Positions 58,737-64,000 of a stretch of 64,000 bases of DNA are shown here, piece by piece. How positions within the stretch are numbered: position 1 is the first letter of the stretch; every line of letters begins with the position of its first letter. The DNA comes from an uncultured virus (IMG/VR IMGVR_UViG_3300025122_000011). Its lineage: Duplodnaviria; Heunggongvirae; Uroviricota; Caudoviricetes. The position numbers and the translations under genes are program-made. The stretch lies in IMG/VR virus record IMGVR_UViG_3300025122_000011, one strand, 5' to 3'. The notes under the pieces are model-generated. The model did no database searches, was not told where the DNA came from, and saw only the letters and a program-made list of their open reading frames with translations.

Positions 58737-58806
58737 AAGTAAAGTTACCTCTCAAATATATAGTTTAGTTCAACGCTTAGACTCTAAATAATGTGGAGAT
58801 TTACAT

Positions 58807-59016
58807 ATGACTATCCAAAATGATATTCTAACCCATTTAGATGATGCAGCAGCATCTTACGCAAAACTGCTAATTGAAAGAAAAGCTATTGAGACTAGTT
58901 TATACAAAGCATATAGTCTAATAGGGCATTTTATGCCACCTCAGGAGAGCCCTGAATTCCTAGAGCCTACGACAAATGATAAATGGCAAGCACTAAACGA
59001 GGATACTGATGACTGA
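58807..59016 (+). CDS. Small hypothetical protein
   Basis: GGAG SD; CTAAATA at 58784-58790. Confidence 0.65.
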   Translation: MTIQNDILTHLDDAAASYAKLLIERKAIETSLYKAYSLIGHFMPPQESPEFLEPTTNDKWQALNEDTDD

Positions 59017-60427
59017 AATTCAAGACCAATTTGATAACGTTAAAAATAGTTTAGGAGACTTTATAACCGCAGGCGATGATTTAGCTACAAATGTAGCTTC
59101 ACTTCACAAAACTATCAATCAAGGGGGATTGGGTCAGTCTACTGTAGCTGATAGCGATACAATCACTAGCTTTGCCATTACCTGGAAATTCGATAAAAAA
59201 TACCCTGTTGGGCAGTATGCTAATGGAGATTGGTGGGTAGTAGGACCAGTCAACGTGGTAAGCATTACTCCTGAATCTAAATTAGGGGCCTTTGGATCGA
59301 CGACGAGAATCGCTAACGGTTCACAAATCAATCCTACGGTGAGCGCAGCCCAAGGGTATGATAATGAAATGAAATGGACAAGTTACGTTGCTGCCCTAAA
59401 TGTAGCATTTAATGTATCCCAGACCAAGCAACTCACAGTACCTGTAAATTCCTCTTTAATCTCTACAAAAAGTGTAGTTGCAACTAAGGCTAGACCTCAA
59501 CTCTCAGATGCGAGCGTATTAACCGTGGTAGCCTCAGCCCCCCAGCCAGGAGATTTCAGACCTGCATACGTAGGAGCAAGTAAGGTTTCTACTTTCAACG
59601 CAAGTAATATTGATTATTCTCTACTAAAAAGCCTTGCTCCCGCTTCTACTCCCCTATCTTGGCCTAAAATGGAGAGAATCGTAGAAAGAGTTTACTTGGA
59701 TCACATTCCTGATTTCCCGTCAAGAAACCAGCATCCAAGTAATAACATGAGTCCATATGGCAGAGATCTTTGCTATGACTTAGCCCAAGTAGCTGCAATG
59801 CTTCACACTGATGCAACTATAGCCCAAAAGACAAAAACTGTAATTGGACTGATTCAAATTGGAATTGACATTTACGGAGTTGCACTTAACGCTGGGAATA
59901 CGATGTGGCCTGCTAATGGAGGTCATGCTAGTGGAAGAGTCTGGCCTCCAATTTTTGCGGGACTAATGCTAAATGACCCTGCAATGCAAAACGTTAGAAA
60001 CATTGCAGACTTCGGAGAAACTGATCAATGCTTCTACGTAGAGTTCACTGGCAAAGACCCGCTGAACACTTCATCATGGAATAATGGTTATGGTGGTTAT
60101 AAGCTTGAACACAGCGGTATGCCAGAATGGGGAATTAGACATAGACTAAGGCCCTGGAAGGATGAACTGTGGTGGCATAGAAACTATCGAGAATGTTGCA
60201 CCGCAGCGTCTTGGTATGGAAATGCTTTCGCAGCCGATGTAATGGGAGCTAGAGCATTGTGGAAATCTGATGCCTTCTTTGATTATATGGAACGTTATAA
60301 TTTCTATGCTAAGTTCTGGAGCGGTAAATACGTATATTGGGGAGATCCTCTAGCTTATAGGATGTGGGAAAAATACACAGACAAATATTCAGTTAGGATT
60401 GATAAGACGCCGCCGATGCCAAGGTGA
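59009..60427 (+). CDS. Hypothetical protein, possibly a polysaccharide-lyase-like helical enzyme
   Basis: 472 aa with ITWKFD..YPVGQYANGDWWVVGP, YGRD, NGGHASGR, YRECC and FFDYMERY. The enzyme call is an inference. Confidence 0.6.
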   Translation: MTEIQDQFDNVKNSLGDFITAGDDLATNVASLHKTINQGGLGQSTVADSDTITSFAITWKFDKKYPVGQYANGDWWVVGPVNVVSITPESKLGAFGSTTRIANGSQINPTVSAAQGYDNEMKWTSYVAALNVAFNVSQTKQLTVPVNSSLISTKSVVATKARPQLSDASVLTVVASAPQPGDFRPAYVGASKVSTFNASNIDYSLLKSLAPASTPLSWPKMERIVERVYLDHIPDFPSRNQHPSNNMSPYGRDLCYDLAQVAAMLHTDATIAQKTKTVIGLIQIGIDIYGVALNAGNTMWPANGGHASGRVWPPIFAGLMLNDPAMQNVRNIADFGETDQCFYVEFTGKDPLNTSSWNNGYGGYKLEHSGMPEWGIRHRLRPWKDELWWHRNYRECCTAASWYGNAFAADVMGARALWKSDAFFDYMERYNFYAKFWSGKYVYWGDPLAYRMWEKYTDKYSVRIDKTPPMPR

Positions 60428-60434
60428 TAGCTAC

Positions 60435-61076
60435 TTATCGGGGTTTTACTTTGGATGCTGGTTTCTTGATCGCAGCCGTGGATTGGTCAACCTTCTTCTT
60501 CCACTCTTTCTTTTCTTCATCGGTTGGCTCATAGTTAGGATCTCGACTGGCAAGGACCTTTGGGTCTACATTAGCTTTTGCGCGTTTTCGGGCGGTGCGA
60601 TGCGCTGCGTCCACCGTTATCTTGGACGGTATACCCTCTTCCATAAACTTAGCATTAGAATCTCTCAGAATTTCAGGATCTATTGAAGGAACTGGTTGAT
60701 CGACACCTTGATATACTTGTGTCTTTACCCCATCTACCAACTCGTGGGAATACGATATTTGTCCTCTTCGTCCCGCCTCTCGCCCCCTATCAGCATCATA
60801 GACTGCGGGCTCCTTGGGCTTAAGCGCGTTTGCCTTCATCTTCTTGGCATTCTGGGCTCTCGTGGCCTTCCTCCCCAGATGGAGTTGAGTCCTTGGTGCT
60901 TCTGTATTGAATTTCCCAGTGTATCCACGCCGATTGTCAGTGCTGGCTTTAGGACCCATATTGCCTTGAGGAGAAGTGGGAGAGGTTCGGATTGGGGTAG
61001 CTGCCGCTACTGCTATCCTTGCAGACCTACTGGCTCTCCGTGTTTCATCTGTCTTTTCTTTACTAATATGATTCAT
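60435..61076 (-). CDS. Basic low-complexity protein, possible internal head protein
   Basis: 213 aa, K/R/A-rich; AGGA SD and CTAAATA upstream. Confidence 0.6.
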   Translation of the reverse strand: MNHISKEKTDETRRASRSARIAVAAATPIRTSPTSPQGNMGPKASTDNRRGYTGKFNTEAPRTQLHLGRKATRAQNAKKMKANALKPKEPAVYDADRGREAGRRGQISYSHELVDGVKTQVYQGVDQPVPSIDPEILRDSNAKFMEEGIPSKITVDAAHRTARKRAKANVDPKVLASRDPNYEPTDEEKKEWKKKVDQSTAAIKKPASKVKPR

Positions 61077-61106
61077 AATATTTTCCTAATTTAGGCATGT
61101 ACATTG

Positions 61107-61126
61107 CCCATGTCTTATTTAGACAT
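61107..61126 (-). promoter_or_regulatory. Putative late promoter CTAAATA inside a CATGTCT-N5-AGACATG palindrome
   Basis: Near-identical to 10862-10881. Confidence 0.6.
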
Positions 61127-61184
61127 GCAATCTATTCAAATAATGATGAATTTATTCAAGGTTATTCAGGAGTCCCTTAAATCC

Positions 61185-61212
61185 TAATAGGAGTCCCTTA
61201 GAACTTTTAGAA
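61185..61212. repeat. 28-bp direct repeat, left copy (TAATAGGAGTCCCTTAGAACTTTTAGAA)
   Basis: Identical copy at 62029-62056. Confidence 0.95.
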
Positions 61213-61244
61213 ACTGCTTTTAGTAGTCCCACTATAATGTAAGT

Positions 61245-62012
61245 ATGATTATTTACACGTATATCTTTTGTTGGAATGAAGAGAAGATACTACCTTTCAC
61301 TTTAGACCATTATTCTCAGTTTAGTGATAGAATTTTTTTATTAGACAATTATTCAACTGATAAGAGCTTGAAAATTGCTAGTAAGTATAATAAGGTAACA
61401 GTCATTCCAATCTCTTGTGAAGAAGACGATGACACTTACGATGAGTATAAATCAGCTAAACTTAGATCTACTATTTACAAAGATGAAACTTACGGATTTC
61501 ATGCAACAAATAAAGCAGATTGGGCAATTTTAGTAGATGCAGATGAGTTTGTTTACCATCCTAATATAATAAAAATATTAAAGAATTATAAGGAACAAGG
61601 CGTTGCAATTCCCAGGTTAGCAGGTTATGATATGATTTCTAATAAATTCCCATCCCACAAAAAAGGAATTTTACTCACAGACATAGTAAAAAAAGGCAAT
61701 GCTAGTATAACACAGTGTAAACCTGTAATGATAGATCCAAACAAAGTAGAGGTAAAGTTTAGTGTTGGAGCACATTTTCATTCTCAAGTTACGGGGGCTG
61801 CACTACCTTCCATACTAGCAGATATTAAACTGTTACATTATAAGAATTTAAGTAAAGAGTATGTGATAGCTCGATATAAACAACTAGCACCTCGTTCATC
61901 CTGCACCAACAAAGCTAATAAGTTTGGAGAGCACTGGTATTCCAAGAGAAGTCATAAAGGTATACAAGAGGGATTTGAAAATAGTTATAAAAAATCTAAG
62001 AATGTTATTTAG
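61245..62012 (+). CDS. Glycosyltransferase family 2-like protein
   Basis: CWNEEKILPFTLDHY, LLDNYSTDKS, ADWAILVDADEFV (DxD) and LLHYK. Confidence 0.9.
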   Translation: MIIYTYIFCWNEEKILPFTLDHYSQFSDRIFLLDNYSTDKSLKIASKYNKVTVIPISCEEDDDTYDEYKSAKLRSTIYKDETYGFHATNKADWAILVDADEFVYHPNIIKILKNYKEQGVAIPRLAGYDMISNKFPSHKKGILLTDIVKKGNASITQCKPVMIDPNKVEVKFSVGAHFHSQVTGAALPSILADIKLLHYKNLSKEYVIARYKQLAPRSSCTNKANKFGEHWYSKRSHKGIQEGFENSYKKSKNVI

Positions 62013-62028
62013 TAAGGAGTCCCAATTT

Positions 62029-62056
62029 TAATAGGAGTCCCTTAGAACTTTTAGAA
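62029..62056. repeat. 28-bp direct repeat, right copy
   Basis: Identical to 61185-61212. Confidence 0.95.
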
Positions 62057-62143
62057 CTAATTTGAGTAACTATAAAATAAGATAGATACTGTGTATATGG
62101 GGCGAAGCCGATGGAACAGGAGTCCCAAAAACGTAAAGCATAT

Positions 62144-62217
62144 ATACGTTATACCGCAAGCATACATACATAAAACTTACATACGTTATACCGCAAGCAT
62201 ACATACATAAAACTTAC
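62144..62217. repeat. Perfect 37-bp tandem duplication ATACGTTATACCGCAAGCATACATACATAAAACTTAC x2
   Basis: Read directly; non-coding. Confidence 0.95.
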
Positions 62218-62255
62218 ATCATCCCTGGTCTACTAGACTTAGGACCATCAGCACC

Positions 62256-62296
62256 GGGCGCAGCCCTAAGTCCTTACACACCAACACCTTATGAGC
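62256..62296. repeat. 41-bp intergenic repeat, copy 1 (GGGCGCAGCCCTAAGTCCTTACACACCAACACCTTATGAGC)
   Basis: Identical at 63283-63323; both copies are preceded by TAGACTTAGG. Confidence 0.95.
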
Positions 62297-62339
62297 CCTA
62301 AGAAAAGTGAGAAAAGACGAAAAACCAGGAATGTTAGGC

Positions 62340-62367
62340 TTGACAGATCCGAAATATGCTATACAAT
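62340..62367 (+). promoter_or_regulatory. Sigma70-type early promoter P1
   Basis: TTGACA-16 nt-TACAAT; ATG 6 nt later. Confidence 0.85.
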
Positions 62368-62373
62368 GGAGGC

Positions 62374-62562
62374 ATGAAACACAGAAAAGAACTACTCCCT
62401 CGCCGTTGGGTTCAGCTCTTGGAAGCGTACGCTTCCCGTTACCCTCAGGGTGTCGTTGTTATGCGCTACCACAGCAAGCCTGTGGCGTTTGATACCTTGG
62501 CTGAGGCTGAGGATTTCGCCCAAGGTTGTGGCGATTTCGCCTCTTTTCTAGCATTGAGCTAA
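62374..62562 (+). CDS. Small early protein
   Basis: MKHRKELLPRRW...; start placed at the ATG after P1. Confidence 0.65.
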   Translation: MKHRKELLPRRWVQLLEAYASRYPQGVVVMRYHSKPVAFDTLAEAEDFAQGCGDFASFLALS

Positions 62563-62586
62563 AAGAAATCTTTTCTGAGAAAGTTC

Positions 62587-62614
62587 TTGCAATATCCGAA
62601 AAGTGCTGTATGAT
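62587..62614 (+). promoter_or_regulatory. Sigma70-type early promoter P2
   Basis: TTGCAA-16 nt-TATGAT; ATG 6 nt later. Confidence 0.8.
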
Positions 62615-62620
62615 GGAAGC

Positions 62621-62833
62621 ATGAATTCACAGAAACCTACTAACATGACCTTCGACCAGTTCCTAGAATTCCTCACGCACCTCGATTGGTTCTACGCTAT
62701 GAGTGACGATCACTCGGTGTATACCAGAGGCCACAAGGCTTGTAGGGATGCCCTCACGCTTGCCGAGACCAATGGACCCGACTGGGTTGATGCTTACAAG
62801 GCTGAACGTATAAAGCACAAAATCAACCCCTAG
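62621..62833 (+). CDS. Small early protein (DWFY.MSDD motif)
   Basis: MNSQKPT...LDWFYAMSDDHSVYTRG. Confidence 0.75.
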   Translation: MNSQKPTNMTFDQFLEFLTHLDWFYAMSDDHSVYTRGHKACRDALTLAETNGPDWVDAYKAERIKHKINP

Positions 62834-62835
62834 AC

Positions 62836-62863
62836 TTGACAGATCCTAAAAACAGTGTATGAT
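62836..62863 (+). promoter_or_regulatory. Sigma70-type early promoter P3
   Basis: TTGACA-16 nt-TATGAT; ATG 6 nt later. Confidence 0.85.
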
Positions 62864-62869
62864 ATACGC

Positions 62870-63040
62870 ATGAACCATCCGAAAAACAACCTTCCCCACT
62901 GCGACCACTGCGACGAGCCCACCTCTTGGCTGATCGAGGTCGAGGTTCCTGGGACTCTCCGCGAAGAGTTGCTGTGCGAGGACTGCCTGGATCGTGACAT
63001 CGAAGGCCCCGACGATTACCACTTGCAGGACGAGTTTTAA
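62870..63040 (+). CDS. Small early Zn-ribbon protein
   Basis: CDHC...CEDC. Confidence 0.7.
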   Translation: MNHPKNNLPHCDHCDEPTSWLIEVEVPGTLREELLCEDCLDRDIEGPDDYHLQDEF

Positions 63041-63261
63041 TGGAACACAAGAAAAACACCGAGGATCTTAGCTCGCTCTTCATCGGGCAGGACCAAGCGG
63101 ACCGACAGGCTCGCTACCTTGCCTCCAAAAAGAAGAGTCGAGATGGCCAAGCGCACTGGTCAGAAGTCCTTGGCGATGATTCCGCTCTAGCGAATGTAAT
63201 TGGTACTGAGGCAGTTGAGATCCTGCTCGGTCTGACCATCATAAAGCGAGCAGAGAAATAG
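63040..63261 (+). CDS. Small early protein
   Basis: TAATG-coupled to the preceding gene. Confidence 0.65.
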   Translation: MEHKKNTEDLSSLFIGQDQADRQARYLASKKKSRDGQAHWSEVLGDDSALANVIGTEAVEILLGLTIIKRAEK

Positions 63262-63282
63262 ACTTAGGCCCCTTCGGGGCCG

Positions 63283-63323
63283 GGGCGCAGCCCTAAGTCC
63301 TTACACACCAACACCTTATGAGC
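63283..63323. repeat. 41-bp intergenic repeat, copy 2
   Basis: Identical to 62256-62296; preceded by a GGCCCC-TTC-GGGGCC hairpin. Confidence 0.95.
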
Positions 63324-63367
63324 AAAAACTATTTGAGGAACTTAATAGAAAACCCAGAGGACTAGGC

Positions 63368-63395
63368 TTGACAGACTCCGAAATTAGTGTATAAT
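63368..63395 (+). promoter_or_regulatory. Sigma70-type early promoter P4
   Basis: TTGACA-16 nt-TATAAT; ATG 6 nt later. Confidence 0.9.
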
Positions 63396-63401
63396 AGAAC
63401 C

Positions 63402-63872
63402 ATGCCCAACACACTCAAAGTTACCTTCAAGGCCAGCATCGACGACCGTCTCGAATCTTTCGCGCTCATCATGCAGCATCTCGATAAGCTCGATAAGCTC
63501 GGCACGCTCACCGTCAAGCTTGACTTTGACAATACGGTGACAGGGGAGGGATCGAGCGGCAGCGTGAATCCTCACTACGACCCGAACCCGTTCGACGGTC
63601 CCACATTGCACGAGCTTCGGCGAGAGGCTGCTGATTTCGCCACGTTCGTCGATGCCGACTACGATAGGGTACGGGAGTATCTCAGTGACCGACTCAATAG
63701 AGAGGTGAATGTCACAATCCTGCGCGAAACGGTGAGGCATCTCGTCAATCGTCAATCCATCTCCGCGATCAAATACATACGGGAACAACTTCGGCTGAGT
63801 CTACACTCTTCCAAGGCTATCGTTGACGCTATCAAGGTTTGGCGAAAGACCATCCGACAGAGGAAGGATTAG
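63402..63872 (+). CDS. Early protein with C-terminal ribosomal L7/L12-CTD-like motif
   Basis: QSISAIKYIREQLRLSLHSSKAIVDA resembles KI.AIK.VRE.TGL.L.EAK..VD. Confidence 0.7.
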   Translation: MPNTLKVTFKASIDDRLESFALIMQHLDKLDKLGTLTVKLDFDNTVTGEGSSGSVNPHYDPNPFDGPTLHELRREAADFATFVDADYDRVREYLSDRLNREVNVTILRETVRHLVNRQSISAIKYIREQLRLSLHSSKAIVDAIKVWRKTIRQRKD

Positions 63873-63882
63873 AAGACTAGGC

Positions 63883-63910
63883 TTGACAGACTACAAAATT
63901 AGTGTAGAAT
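63883..63910 (+). promoter_or_regulatory. Sigma70-type early promoter P5
   Basis: TTGACA-16 nt-TAGAAT; ATG 6 nt later; near-copy of the P4 block. Confidence 0.85.
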
Positions 63911-63916
63911 AGAAAC

Positions 63917-64000
63917 ATGAACATCACGATCACACAAGGGAAAGGCTTTCATCTCAACTTTGACAATGGCTGGGTTCTCAGCATTCAGGTTGGCGAGTTC
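63917..64000 (+). CDS. Early protein, partial (runs off the window end)
   Basis: MNITITQGKGFHLNFDNGWVLSIQVGEF... after P5. Confidence 0.7.
   Translation, partial: MNITITQGKGFHLNFDNGWVLSIQVGEF

Noticed and set aside
5180..60686. Many antisense or nested ORFs (e.g. 7505-8029, 11486-12094, 13862-14113, 36884-37802, 46953-47363)
   Set aside because: They lie opposite well-supported genes, lack initiation signals or recognisable motifs, and are explained by codon bias or low complexity.
62144..63323. Repeats of 37 and 41 bp as a mini-CRISPR array, given a Cas4-like nuclease in the window
   Set aside because: The 37-mers are adjacent with no spacer and the 41-mers are ~1 kb apart with genes between. 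The nuclease is a common phage PD-(D/E)XK type and no other cas genes are seen.
1..64000. Stop-codon reassignment
   Set aside because: Conserved genes are full-length in the standard code, and TAA, TAG and TGA all occur at plausible gene ends.
1..64000. tRNA, rRNA, integrase or transposase genes
   Set aside because: None recognised by eye and intergenic gaps are mostly too short; tRNAscan-SE or Infernal would be needed to exclude them formally.

Overview
This is a 64-kb segment of a large T4-superfamily-type myovirus genome; I see no bacterial chromosome. Positions 1-52 kb are a mostly minus-strand morphogenesis region. It holds the tail sheath, two gp15-like paralogs, neck gp14/gp13, major capsid, scaffold, a prohead protease with a long extension, a PAAR-Ig protein, tail fibres/spikes, baseplate gp7/gp6/gp25/gp5/hub/gp53, a probable tape measure, gp26 plus a gp51-like ORF, portal and large terminase. 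A PD-(D/E)XK nuclease, a primase and a UvsW-like helicase interrupt this region. Positions 52-62 kb are accessory genes: two glycosyltransferases, a secreted Pro/Gly + HEAT-repeat protein that looks host-derived (Planctomycetota is an inference), and an internally deleted IscA/HesB. From 62.2 kb an array of small early genes begins. Most notable: (1) a repeated promoter-gene cassette architecture, TTGACA-16 nt-TAnnAT-6 nt-ATG, implying leaderless early mRNAs; (2) a T TTT TTT -1 frameshift fusing gp26 to an ATG-less gp51-like ORF; (3) a glycosyltransferase gene bracketed by 28-bp direct repeats within a cluster of AGGAGTCCC motifs; (4) a GPxTPG motif shared by a virion protein and the host-like secreted protein; (5) a catalytically dead SASA esterase domain on a baseplate protein; (6) a CTAnATA late-promoter motif, twice embedded in a conserved 20-bp palindrome; (7) an unannotated 19-aa peptide gene. 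All product calls come from motif recognition and gene order, not from database searches.
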